DNA from: an uncultured Bacteroidales bacterium
GTDB taxonomy: Bacteria > Bacillota_I > Bacilli_A > RFN20 > CAG-826
Reading direction: 5' to 3'
Assembly: GCA_963650805.1 (NCBI GenBank)
Contig: CAVJMG010000004.1
Location: 44,155 to 108,154 of the forward strand
Length of the DNA: 64,000 bases
A model generated the notes under the pieces. That model was not told the DNA's origin. It made no database searches and worked only from the letters and a program-made list of their open reading frames with translations. Made by a program: the position numbers and the translations under genes. Positions 1 through 8,928 of this stretch are shown here, one piece after another. How positions within the stretch are numbered: the first letter of the stretch is position 1; every line of letters begins with the position of its first letter.

Positions 1-1343
1 TTTTTGGTCCTAGCAAAGACGGGGGAAAGGCCAACCAAAAGATAATTTCCTTCATTCTCCCGAACGCCTCCGCTAAAGCTAGCGTGGGCGGAAAAGAGCT
101 AAGCAAAGGAGAAGACGGCTACTATACCTATCTCCTCGACGCCTCGACTTCCCCTTCCGTGGACATCGAAGTCAGCGTCGGCTCCTCAAAATGCACTTAT
201 ACCAAACGCCTAACTTCCATTGAACAATCTCTGCCCGATTTCTCCGATGGCTCATCAAAAGGATGGAGCGTCGATAATTTTGGAAGCATGGAAGTAGTTA
301 ACGATGCCTCTTACGAATACCCCAACGCCTTGTCCATCACCTTAAACGGACGCGACAAGAGCAAGGGTTATCAGCCCTCCTTTGCCCTGGACGCCAAATC
401 GCTTGGCGACACTTCTCTCCTTTCCGGGATCTCCTTCTCTTTGTATATTCCCGATAAAGTCCCCGACAATTACAAGATGAGCGTTTCCGCTTCCTATGGC
501 AGCGTCTACACCTATAACGCCGACTGCGGAAGCGTCTACCTCAAGCAAGGCTGGAACAAAGTCTCCTTATCGCTTCAGCAGACAATCCGCTCGTTGACCG
601 ACCTCGAGGAATTCCGCTTCTATTTGCCCAACGTCCTCGACGAAAACGATTCGCCTTCCTCGATGACCCTTCTCCTCGCTTCTCCCTCTTGCTCTTATCT
701 AAAACAATATGAGGATAGCGAAACCGAGGATTTCGACGAGGTACTCGTCCAATCTAACGACGCCCCCGTTTCTATCGGGGATAAGAAGACCCTCATCGTC
801 GAAAACGACGTCAGCAACGTCATCGAAGAAGAAAACGGCGAGAAATACCTGATGCTTGGCGATTTCGAAAATTACAATCAGCTCGCCCAGCTCCGTTATG
901 AAAACAAATTCGGCACCATCTCTTCCGTCTCCGATTCGCCTTTCGTCACCCATGGGGAAAAGGCCATGAAGATGGAAATCATCGGCAGGGGAGAGTCGCT
1001 TAGGAAGCTCGATCCCATTTTGACATTCTTCACGGGGCAAAGCTATTTCCAAAAGAGCAACTTCTCCGATTGCGACTACCTCGAAACCGATTTCTACAAC
1101 GCGATGGATTACGATATCCCTCTCCGCTTCTCCAACACGAACGCCTATTATTCCAAGTACTCCACGGTTCTCTCCTACACCTTAAAACCCGGCAAAAACC
1201 ACTTAAAAATCGATTTGAGCGAATTCTCCACGAGCGAATTCACCACCTTCCATTTCATCTTCGATCGCGGCGAGCATTACGAGGGCAGGCGCATCGTCTA
1301 CCTCGACAATTTCCGCGCCCATTTCGTTAAGGAGGCAGCTTGA
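1..1343 (+). CDS. Secreted or surface protein, 5'-truncated by the window edge. The frame is open from base 3, so the track start at 84 (GTG) is not the real start. Ser/Thr/Asp-rich, no recognisable catalytic motif.
   Basis: No stop in frame between base 3 and 84. The stop overlaps the next gene start (ATGA at 1340-1343). Composition is typical of an extracellular protein. Confidence 0.5.
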   Translation, partial: FGPSKDGGKANQKIISFILPNASAKASVGGKELSKGEDGYYTYLLDASTSPSVDIEVSVGSSKCTYTKRLTSIEQSLPDFSDGSSKGWSVDNFGSMEVVNDASYEYPNALSITLNGRDKSKGYQPSFALDAKSLGDTSLLSGISFSLYIPDKVPDNYKMSVSASYGSVYTYNADCGSVYLKQGWNKVSLSLQQTIRSLTDLEEFRFYLPNVLDENDSPSSMTLLLASPSCSYLKQYEDSETEDFDEVLVQSNDAPVSIGDKKTLIVENDVSNVIEEENGEKYLMLGDFENYNQLAQLRYENKFGTISSVSDSPFVTHGEKAMKMEIIGRGESLRKLDPILTFFTGQSYFQKSNFSDCDYLETDFYNAMDYDIPLRFSNTNAYYSKYSTVLSYTLKPGKNHLKIDLSEFSTSEFTTFHFIFDRGEHYEGRRIVYLDNFRAHFVKEAA

Positions 1344-3157
1344 TGAAAAAACGCGTTCTTGTCTTCGCCTTCGCCTTTCTTGCCTTAGGGGCCTACCATC
1401 CTTCTTCTTCCGCGGTTAAGGCTTCGGGGTCTAGCGAAAAGGAAACCATCCTTTTCGACATCACAACCGAAAAATCGGCGGGACTCTACACGATTGCCTT
1501 CGAAACCGACATCGAATTGCCTTCTTTTGCGAATCACTCTTTCTCTTGGCAGATAAATGGGGAGAACAAGGAGACCTTGTCCTTAAATAACGACTCGGAT
1601 AGCTCCGCCATCAATTTGGCTTGGAACGGGCAAAAGCCTGGGGATGGCAACGGCAACGGGTACCGCCATTTCCATTTGGAAGCCGGAACCACGATGTTCA
1701 CCACCGATACGGCCAATTACGTCCTTCGAAACGACTACAACTTCTGGTGGACGAAGCATTCGGCGGGCAATGAGGCTTATAGCTGGGTGTTTCAGCATGG
1801 CGGAAACGATGCTCCTTACGTCAAATACGAAATTCCGACCCTTGCCTTCAGAGGCGACATAAGCGGTGGGGCGCAGCCTGGTCTAAGTCGTTGGCTTGCC
1901 TCTTTGCCCTATGAAAAGGGGACTTGGAAAGAGGCCGGAAACTCTTGGGCGGCGAATGCCGTTTATATCGATGACGGATCGGGCTATAAGCTTTATGACT
2001 ACACTTATAGCGCGGAAGGCTATCTCAAATTCAACGACCCCATTTCCGAGAATGCAAAGGGTACCGTGCTGACTATTATCCCCTTCGCCCCCTTCAATAC
2101 CGAAACCGGTTCTGGTTTAAGCCACTACCTTTCCTTCTATTTCCCCAAAGGCACGTTGCTGGGTGGGATTAACGAAGGTTATCCCTTCATGGTCGAAGAA
2201 GACGCCTATTTCGAAATCTCCAAAGAGGGCGCGCTGTCAGGAATGTATTCGACGCCCCATGATTACGTCGTCGTCCCCGCTGCCTGCGGCCATCCGGGGA
2301 ACGCTGAGTACTACACTTGCTCCCGTCACGAGGGGGAAATCTTCCTTAAGGAGGGAAACCAATACAAAACCGCCTCTTCAAGCGAGGTCCTTGTCGATAT
2401 CGATCACGCTTATGAATACGTTGAAGAAGTCCCCTCCACCTGCGACCAAGATGGGGTGAAAGCCCATTATGAATGCTCGCGCTGCCATGGCTTGGCCACA
2501 AAAGAAGGGGATGCGTATCAAGGAACTTCGAAAGAAAATCTGATTATTAAAGCCGCCCATAAGCTCTCCCACGTCGAGGAAAAGCCCTTCACCTGCAGCG
2601 AAGATGGAACCAAAGCCCACGAGGAATGCTCCGTCTGCCACAAGATGTACCTCCAAGAAGATGAAGGGTTAGTTGAAGTAAACCTCTCTTCCCTGGCCAT
2701 CCCCAGCCATCACGTTCTAAGAGAAGTCGAGGGGAAGGAGGCCACTTGCCTTGAAGAAGGGAAAACCTCTGGCAAGGTTTGCTCCGTCTGCGGACTCGTC
2801 ATCGAAGAAGGCAAACCCATCGCCGCTTTGGGACACCGCTACAGCGGATGGGCGCTTCAAGAGGATTCTCTTTCCATCGCCCGCTATTGTTTGCGTTGCT
2901 ACGAAAGCGAGGAGGTCGCTCTTAGCCAAGAGAACGGATTCACCTATAAGATAGAGCGAGAATCCACGTCATCGACGCAAGGCGTAGCCTCTTATTCTTC
3001 AAGCAAATACGGCACCTTCTACGTCGCTTTGCCCTTAAAAGAAAAGGGCGTCGACCAGAACGCAGTTCAAAATTACGTCGCTGGAGGAGTCGCGATTGTA
3101 TGCGTCTCCTTATCCATCGGAGGCTTCTTCTTGCTTAAGAAGTTTCTCCACCTCTAA
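1340..3157 (+). CDS. Surface protein with signal peptide, a ~300-aa N-terminal domain paralogous to the next gene, four Cys-rich repeats (C-x4-G-x-K-A-H-x-E-C-S-x-C type) and a C-terminal TM anchor with a basic tail.
   Basis: N-terminus MMKKRVLVFAFAFLALGA. Motifs shared with ORF 3205-4533: WNGxKP, YRHFHL, DYNFW, FYFPKGTL. Repeats CDQDGVKAHYECSRCH, CSEDGTKAHEECSVCH and CLEEGKTSGKVCSVCG. C-terminus GGVAIVCVSLSIGGFFLLKKFLHL. Confidence 0.55.
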   Translation: MMKKRVLVFAFAFLALGAYHPSSSAVKASGSSEKETILFDITTEKSAGLYTIAFETDIELPSFANHSFSWQINGENKETLSLNNDSDSSAINLAWNGQKPGDGNGNGYRHFHLEAGTTMFTTDTANYVLRNDYNFWWTKHSAGNEAYSWVFQHGGNDAPYVKYEIPTLAFRGDISGGAQPGLSRWLASLPYEKGTWKEAGNSWAANAVYIDDGSGYKLYDYTYSAEGYLKFNDPISENAKGTVLTIIPFAPFNTETGSGLSHYLSFYFPKGTLLGGINEGYPFMVEEDAYFEISKEGALSGMYSTPHDYVVVPAACGHPGNAEYYTCSRHEGEIFLKEGNQYKTASSSEVLVDIDHAYEYVEEVPSTCDQDGVKAHYECSRCHGLATKEGDAYQGTSKENLIIKAAHKLSHVEEKPFTCSEDGTKAHEECSVCHKMYLQEDEGLVEVNLSSLAIPSHHVLREVEGKEATCLEEGKTSGKVCSVCGLVIEEGKPIAALGHRYSGWALQEDSLSIARYCLRCYESEEVALSQENGFTYKIERESTSSTQGVASYSSSKYGTFYVALPLKEKGVDQNAVQNYVAGGVAIVCVSLSIGGFFLLKKFLHL

Positions 3158-3204
3158 AACGGTTTCTATTTGTCGCATACACAAATGAAAGGAGCGAAAC
3201 AAAT

Positions 3205-4533
3205 ATGAAAAAACACCTCATCATCTCATCGGGCGCATTGCTTGGCGCCTTGGCCATTGGAGCGGGAATCGCCGGCATCCACACTCAAACTTTGGCCACC
3301 AAAGCCGAAGGGGAGAAAGAAGTCATCTCCTTCAACATCACCACCTTTAAGGCGTTGAATGCGAACGTAGTTTTGTTCAATACGGACAAAACAATGCCGT
3401 CCTTCTCAAAGTATTATGAGTTCAAATGGACTGTCGACGGCCAGGAAAAAGCCTCTGGTGTGCTAGAGAATAACAGTGACAAAGGCGGTACCTCTTCTGT
3501 TTATTTTGCTTGGAATGGCGCCAAGCCGGACGATAACGATGCCATATATCGGCATTTCCACTTAAGCGCCGGCACTGTCATCTACGAAGACGATTCCGTT
3601 AAATACGTCTTGGAAAAGGATTACAACTTTTGGCGTGCCCGTCATTCTGGAGGCGGCGCTTTTTCCAGCTGGGTTTGGCAGCACGGAGAAGGCGCAACGG
3701 CCGCCGATGTTCCAAGCTTCTCTTTGGGCGACGCCACGACAAATGGCGCGCAACCGGATTTCAGCCGCTGGCTTGTGCAGGCGCCGTTTGTCAAATCTAG
3801 TGGTTGGAAAAGCGCAGATTTAGGCAGTGGGAACGCGTTTTTATATGCGATGAACGGGTCTTCGACTTATCAATTGGCCTATAATGGGGATTCTGCGGGG
3901 CATTCTTTGTCTCTTTTCGGGGATCTTGGAACGGCCGATGTAGCGACTGGAAATGAACTTGTTTTGCCTACTTTTTCTGGTTTTGAAACGACTACTGGCA
4001 CGGACAAAGAAATATCGTTCTATTTCCCCAAAGGAACTCTTTTCGGTGGATTTACTGATGGCTATCGTTGCTTCCTCGAAAACGATTATTACATCACCGT
4101 TCTTAATGACTTCATCGCTGGGACGACTGCTAGCAGCCAAGAGCTTTACTATCAGCCCGTCACCAATTTCGTGAGCAACTACATGCATATGGACGACTCC
4201 GCCTACGAAGGGGAAGGCACGGGCCTTTGCGTAAGCGCCGGGACCTATGCCGCTGCTAAGGCGGCCTATTCGGGTTTGAATGCTTATCAGAAACTCTTCT
4301 TCTTGAACTCGAATCTCTACAAGGACGCTGCTGCTCGCCTTAATACTTGGGCATCCGTTAATGGCGACGTCATCGATCCTGTTTCTAGAGAATTCAAGAA
4401 AGCCTCTGTGGTTTCTTTGCCCGCGGGTGAAAATAGCGGCAATCAAACGACTTTGATCGCCGTCATCTCCGTTGGCGTTTTCGCCGCGGCCGGGGCTTTG
4501 GCTTTCGCCCTTAAGAAGAAACGTCACGAATAA
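3205..4533 (+). CDS. Paralogous surface protein: signal anchor, shared N-terminal domain, C-terminal TM anchor. Lacks the Cys-rich repeats.
   Basis: RBS aaaggag is 8 nt upstream of the ATG. Shares ordered motifs with ORF 1340-3157 (YRHFHLSAGT, KDYNFW, SWVWQHG, FYFPKGTLFGG). C-terminus LIAVISVGVFAAAGALAFALKKKRHE. Confidence 0.55.
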   Translation: MKKHLIISSGALLGALAIGAGIAGIHTQTLATKAEGEKEVISFNITTFKALNANVVLFNTDKTMPSFSKYYEFKWTVDGQEKASGVLENNSDKGGTSSVYFAWNGAKPDDNDAIYRHFHLSAGTVIYEDDSVKYVLEKDYNFWRARHSGGGAFSSWVWQHGEGATAADVPSFSLGDATTNGAQPDFSRWLVQAPFVKSSGWKSADLGSGNAFLYAMNGSSTYQLAYNGDSAGHSLSLFGDLGTADVATGNELVLPTFSGFETTTGTDKEISFYFPKGTLFGGFTDGYRCFLENDYYITVLNDFIAGTTASSQELYYQPVTNFVSNYMHMDDSAYEGEGTGLCVSAGTYAAAKAAYSGLNAYQKLFFLNSNLYKDAAARLNTWASVNGDVIDPVSREFKKASVVSLPAGENSGNQTTLIAVISVGVFAAAGALAFALKKKRHE

Positions 4534-4547
4534 TCATCACGAACCTA

Positions 4548-4582
4548 GACCGGCGAGGGACTTTCTCTCGCCGGTTTTCGGG
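4548..4582 (+). terminator. Hairpin CCGGCGAG-N9-CTCGCCGG followed by TTTTCGGG. Candidate partial terminator or attenuator between the surface-protein genes and the GH20 gene.
   Basis: Perfect 8-bp inverted repeat plus a T-run, 12 nt before the GH20 RBS (ggaatggagg). Confidence 0.35.
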
Positions 4583-4593
4583 AATGGAGGAAT

Positions 4594-6198
4594 ATGGCTT
4601 CTCAAATCAAAGAACTTGGCTACATGATGGACTGCTCTCGCGGGGCAGTGGCTAAAGTGGAGACCGTCAAAAGGCTCGTCGATATCCTTTCTTACTTCGG
4701 CTACAGCTATTTGATGCTTTACACCGAAGACACTTACCAGATAAAGGAAGAGCCTTATTTTGGGTATATGCGAGGGCGTTATAGCCAAGAGGAATTATCT
4801 GAAATCGATGCCTATTGCTCCTGCAAAGGCATGGAGTTAAGGCCCTGCATTCAAACGCTCGCCCATTTGGGAAGGCTTCAAGCCCACGATTGCTTCGGCT
4901 CCTATTTCGACATCGACGACGTCCTTTTAGTCGGCGACGATAAAGTCTACGAGCTCATCGAGAAGATGCTTTCCTCCGTTTCTTCTTGCGTCAAATCCAG
5001 AAAAATCCACATCGGCATGGACGAGGCCTTCCATCTTGGCCGAGGTCGCTACATCGATCGCTTCGGCTATGCAAAGAAATCCAAAATCATCAGCGAGCAT
5101 CTCGAAAAGGTCGCTAACATCGCAAAAAAATACGGTTACACCTGCTATATCTGGGCGGATATGCTCGAAAACGCCTATAACGAATCTAATGGGAACTCCT
5201 TTTGCCAAATCCCCGACAACGTCGTCCCGATGATGTGGGGATACGAGAAAATCGGGAAAGAGAAGGCCCAAAAGAAAGTCGAACTTTATAAAAAGCTTTC
5301 CCCAAAGCGCTTAGCAAGCTGCGGAGGGGCAATTAAATGGGTGGGCTTTTCGCCTTTAAACACCTATTCCATGGCGGCTCTAGAAGAGCAAATCACTTTG
5401 GCCAGGGAATATGACTTGGATAATTTCCTCGTCGCCGGATGGGGCGATGGGGCGGCTGATGCGAGCCAGTTCTCCACTTTGCCCGCCCTTTTCTACGCCT
5501 CTTTGCTCGCGGAGGGGAAACCTTTGGACGTGCAGGCAAAGGCCACCTTCAGCCGGTGCGTTGGCGTGGAGTTCGATGATTTTATGGCCATCGATGCCCT
5601 TTCTACCCTTGACTCTAACGTTAACTATAGGGAATCTAGGAATAACCTTTCGTTCGTCCATTTGTACTCGGATTTGCTGCAATGCCCCATGATGGAGACG
5701 CAGCTAGATAAATACGAGGGCCTTTATAAGCGCGCTTGCGAAAAGCTCCGCTCTTGTATTGAAACCAAGGAGTGGGGCTATATCTTCTCATCCCTTTATA
5801 AGCTCGGAGAAGTGGATTCAATCCTTTGCACCCTGGGAAAGAAGATCCGTTTAGCTTATGAAAGCAAAGAAGACCTCGCCCCCTGCATAGAGCTTACTAA
5901 ACGAGCCTCCTCTTATTTAGAAGAATTCATAAAGGCCTACGAAAAACAGTGGGCTATGGAAAATAAGGCGTTTGGATATGAGAAACAGCTTTTGCGCCTA
6001 GGCGGATTGAAGGAAAGGATCCGTTACGTCATCGATACCTTGACCGCTTATCAAAACGGGGAGACCAAGCAAATCGACGAACTCGAGGAGATCCATCTTC
6101 CAAAGATCGTTGGGGATCAGCCCACCACCAACCCCGACGAAGTTTACGCGAATTGGTATCGATATTTCGTCTCGGCGGGATTGCTCAACGATATATGA
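4594..6198 (+). CDS. Glycoside hydrolase family 20-like, beta-N-acetylhexosaminidase-like catalytic domain. No signal peptide, so predicted cytoplasmic.
   Basis: GYSYLMLYTEDTYQIKEEPYFGYMRGRYSQEELSEIDAYC resembles the GH20 hLTDDqgwR / ayR..YT.edi.eiv.yA block. RPCIQTLAHL matches the IPEID-PGH region. HIGMDEA matches the HIGGDE catalytic motif. Assigned from motif recall, not a database search. Confidence 0.55.
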   Translation: MASQIKELGYMMDCSRGAVAKVETVKRLVDILSYFGYSYLMLYTEDTYQIKEEPYFGYMRGRYSQEELSEIDAYCSCKGMELRPCIQTLAHLGRLQAHDCFGSYFDIDDVLLVGDDKVYELIEKMLSSVSSCVKSRKIHIGMDEAFHLGRGRYIDRFGYAKKSKIISEHLEKVANIAKKYGYTCYIWADMLENAYNESNGNSFCQIPDNVVPMMWGYEKIGKEKAQKKVELYKKLSPKRLASCGGAIKWVGFSPLNTYSMAALEEQITLAREYDLDNFLVAGWGDGAADASQFSTLPALFYASLLAEGKPLDVQAKATFSRCVGVEFDDFMAIDALSTLDSNVNYRESRNNLSFVHLYSDLLQCPMMETQLDKYEGLYKRACEKLRSCIETKEWGYIFSSLYKLGEVDSILCTLGKKIRLAYESKEDLAPCIELTKRASSYLEEFIKAYEKQWAMENKAFGYEKQLLRLGGLKERIRYVIDTLTAYQNGETKQIDELEEIHLPKIVGDQPTTNPDEVYANWYRYFVSAGLLNDI

Positions 6199-6205
6199 TA
6201 TAGCC

Positions 6206-6910
6206 ATGGGCGAGCTACGCGTTGAATCTTTGTCGGTCAGCTTAGGAAAGAAGGAGAAAAGAGAAATCCTCCATTCCCTTTCTTTTTCCTTCTCTCTTGG
6301 CAAAATCAATGTCGTCCTTGGGCCTTCGGGGTCAGGCAAAACGACTTTGCTAAGGGCCATGCTTGGTCTAGAAGAATATTCGGGAACGATTCTTTTGGAT
6401 GGGGTTGATCTAAGCAAAATACCCACGAAAGATAGGAATTTCTCCTACGTTAATCAAAGCATCGCCCTATATCCCCATCTAAGCCTATTCCAAAATATAG
6501 CCTTCCCCTTGAAGAGGAGCTTCGCCTCTTCCTCCGAAATCCGAAGAAGGGTTACCGAAGCTTCGGCTACCCTAGGAATTGAGCAATGCCTCAACAGGCG
6601 TCCAAGCCAAGTTTCTTTGGGCCAGTGCCAAAGAGCATCGGTGGCCAAGGCTTTGGTGAAGAAGTCCGAGCTTTATCTATTCGACGAACCGTTTGCCAAC
6701 GTGGACGAGGCCTCAAGAATCAAAATACTGGCCGACTTCAAAGACGCTTTGAAGAAAGAGAACGCGAATGTCATCTACGTGACCCATTCTCTTAGGGAGG
6801 CTTGCTTCCTCGGGGACAGGTTTTTGGTGCTGGAGGAAGGGAGGGTTACCTTATCTTCCGGGAGGGATGACTTTCTTTCTTACGCGGATAAAATGGGATT
6901 GGAGGTATGA
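6206..6910 (+). CDS. ABC transporter ATP-binding protein, MalK/PotA-like short form. The ABC signature is degenerate.
   Basis: Walker A GPSGSGKTT. Q-loop YVNQSIALYPHLS. Signature SLGQCQRASVAKAL in place of LSGGQ. Walker B LYLFDEPFANVD. H-loop YVTHS. ATG is 8 nt after the GH20 stop. The track start at 6110 lies inside the GH20 gene. Confidence 0.8.
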   Translation: MGELRVESLSVSLGKKEKREILHSLSFSFSLGKINVVLGPSGSGKTTLLRAMLGLEEYSGTILLDGVDLSKIPTKDRNFSYVNQSIALYPHLSLFQNIAFPLKRSFASSSEIRRRVTEASATLGIEQCLNRRPSQVSLGQCQRASVAKALVKKSELYLFDEPFANVDEASRIKILADFKDALKKENANVIYVTHSLREACFLGDRFLVLEEGRVTLSSGRDDFLSYADKMGLEV

Positions 6911-7395
6911 AAGTGGTTTGCCTTTATTCCCAAAGCGAAATTGTAAAAAGCCGCAAAAAGGCATCAAAATGCCTTCTTATCGCCATTATTTCCCTTGTGC
7001 TGCTTGTATTTGTAACCTCCTTGTCGATTGCTTTAGCGACTTACGAAACGAAAGCACTTTGGATGGTATTGGGCTCATTCCTTTCCGCTGTTCCCCTTGC
7101 CGCTTCTTTCCTCTTCTTTTTCAAACGGAAGCATATTCTTGACGGCTGCTTCCTCTATCAAGAAATCCTTAGCCGCGAGGGGGAGGCCGTCCAAGGCGTC
7201 TATGAGTCGATTTCGAAGAATACGATCACCCTGCAAAACGGCTTTGAGGTTTATGAGGTTAGCCTAAGAACTGGTGGAAATCTAATGACGGTGCATCTTC
7301 TTTCCTCTCAAAGGGGTTTGTTCAAGCTTGAAGAAGGAAAGCGTTACGCTTTCGTCATTTCTTCCTCTTATCTGAAGGAGTGGGGCGATGAATGA
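6907..7395 (+). CDS. Small membrane protein with two N-terminal TM helices and a ~90-aa soluble C-domain (bPH/YdbS-like architecture, inferred). Paralog of 40098-40592.
   Basis: Start overlaps the ATPase stop (ATGA) and is preceded by GGAGG. TM helices LLIAIISLVLLVFVTSLSIAL and LWMVLGSFLSAVPLAASFLFFF. Confidence 0.5.
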   Translation: MKVVCLYSQSEIVKSRKKASKCLLIAIISLVLLVFVTSLSIALATYETKALWMVLGSFLSAVPLAASFLFFFKRKHILDGCFLYQEILSREGEAVQGVYESISKNTITLQNGFEVYEVSLRTGGNLMTVHLLSSQRGLFKLEEGKRYAFVISSSYLKEWGDE

Positions 7396-7948
7396 GTTGA
7401 GGCTAGGGAAACTCTTTAAGCATTACGCCGCCCCGATATGCGTTTTGTGCGCCCTTTGGGTCGTTATGCTTTGCCTTGGCGTTGAATTAAGAACGAAACC
7501 CAAAGAAAGTGAAACGCTCTCTCTTTTTATGGATCTTCCCTATGGAAGCGTTGAGTCGAATAAGATGGAATCTCGCATAAAAGAAATTGCTCCATCGGTT
7601 AAAAAGTGCGAGGTTTTTTGCTCTTCGCCCTCGTCCCAAGAATACTCCACTTACTATTCCACGAAAGGGGAGGAGGCGGATTTGCTGCTGCTTTCCTCTT
7701 CCTACTTGGAAAATAAAAAAATGGACGGGTTCGCTTCTTTAAACGCTTTGAGTAAAGACGGCTATTCTAGAGATGGCGTTGTCTATGGGATAGAATGCAA
7801 CAAGAGAAGCGGTGATTACTTTTCCTTGCCCGAAGGAACCTACTATTGCTTCTTAAGGAAAAACTCTTGCCACATTTCTTCTATTTCCTCTTCTAGCGGG
7901 GATGATTTTGCCATTACCGTATTGAAGGAGTTCTTCTATGCCGTTTAA
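7388..7948 (+). CDS. Single-TM anchored protein with an extracytoplasmic domain. Paralog of 40585-41175.
   Basis: Overlaps the upstream stop and has RBS gaaggag. TM PICVLCALWVVMLCLGV. Motifs ETLSLF, YYSTKGEEADLLLL match ETITLF, YYSYFGRGDADIVIL in the paralog. Confidence 0.5.
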   Translation: MNELRLGKLFKHYAAPICVLCALWVVMLCLGVELRTKPKESETLSLFMDLPYGSVESNKMESRIKEIAPSVKKCEVFCSSPSSQEYSTYYSTKGEEADLLLLSSSYLENKKMDGFASLNALSKDGYSRDGVVYGIECNKRSGDYFSLPEGTYYCFLRKNSCHISSISSSSGDDFAITVLKEFFYAV

Positions 7949-8795
7949 AGGAAAGGGAATAGTCCCCGCGGATAGGGATTTCCTCACGGAAGACCTTCCC
8001 CCAACACGAAAGAAGCAGTTCCTTATGTTTTTCAAAGAGGAGTGGAGGCTTCTTTTGCGCTTGGCTTTTCTTTTTCTACTTCTTTTCGCTCCCTATTTGG
8101 GGATTATCGCTTTCGAAGGTTATTACCTCGCCTATAACGAAGGCGCGGATGCCCTTGCTTTCTCTCTTATCAACGAAAGCGTTAAGGCCGTGTGCTTGAT
8201 TTTGCCATTTTTAGGTTTTGGCGGCTTGTGCCAAGTCCATCGCAGGATGTGCTTGGGCGAAGGGGTGATGTTTTGGAAGGATTTTTTCTCTGGCTTTAGC
8301 CTGCGTTGGGCCTCCTTTGGCTTCCTGATTGGGCTAGGCCATGTTGGTATGGTTTATTTAAGCTCCTTGTCCTCCGCTTTTGCTTATGCGGGGGTGTTCT
8401 ATTTTGTTCTTTTGGGGATTTTGGATTTGGCCGTTCTCCCTATTTTGGGATTTTCCTATTCGCAGCTTCCTTATTACGATTTGGCCAAAAGCGGGGGATA
8501 TGTGCGCAACGGCGTCAAATTCGTCATCAAGTATTATCCATGGATTCTTTTGTTCTCCCTTTTCCCTTTGGGGCTTGACACCCTTCATTTCATCCCCAAC
8601 TTGCCTTTGGTCTTATACGATGCCTTGCTAGCCCTTTTCTCGATGCTCTCGCCCATTTATTGCTTGGCTTTCTTCTCTTTTGCCTTGGATAAATTCGACA
8701 AGCATTTAAATCAAACTGCCTATCCTTCTTTATACCGAAAAGGGCTAAGCAAAGAGATGAAAAGCAAAGATATCGAGATTTTGGATAAGGAATGA
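7938..8795 (+). CDS. Polytopic membrane protein of about 6 TM helices, unknown family. Paralog of 41172-42026.
   Basis: Overlapping start with RBS gaaggag. N-terminus ...PPTRKKQFLMFFKEEWRLLLRLAFLFLLLFAPYLG matches ...PATRKEQFFDILRHRYFLLLGLGAIFLVFALPLLG. Confidence 0.55.
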   Translation: MPFKGKGIVPADRDFLTEDLPPTRKKQFLMFFKEEWRLLLRLAFLFLLLFAPYLGIIAFEGYYLAYNEGADALAFSLINESVKAVCLILPFLGFGGLCQVHRRMCLGEGVMFWKDFFSGFSLRWASFGFLIGLGHVGMVYLSSLSSAFAYAGVFYFVLLGILDLAVLPILGFSYSQLPYYDLAKSGGYVRNGVKFVIKYYPWILLFSLFPLGLDTLHFIPNLPLVLYDALLALFSMLSPIYCLAFFSFALDKFDKHLNQTAYPSLYRKGLSKEMKSKDIEILDKE

Positions 8796-8928
8796 CTTCA
8801 AACTGAAAAAAGCTTTTGCTAAGTCCGCAAGACGTAATGGGGGCATGGTCGCTTGGCTGAGGCGATGCCCTCAAACGAAATAGGTCGAACCCGCATTCTG
8901 AATTGTTCAAATAACGTTTTCTGTTAGA

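Noticed and set aside
3841-4527. 228-aa minus-strand ORF
   Set aside because: Antisense to the surface-protein paralog, which has a signal peptide, conserved motifs and a TM anchor in the plus frame. No RBS.
8838-8900. tRNA-like sequence (GGTCGAACCC resembling a T-arm, GTCGCTTGGCTGAGGCGA resembling a D-arm) between convergent genes
   Set aside because: A full cloverleaf could not be folded on either strand: there is no 7-bp acceptor stem, and the anticodon and T stems do not pair. More likely an imperfect terminator hairpin (GGGCAT...ATGCCC).
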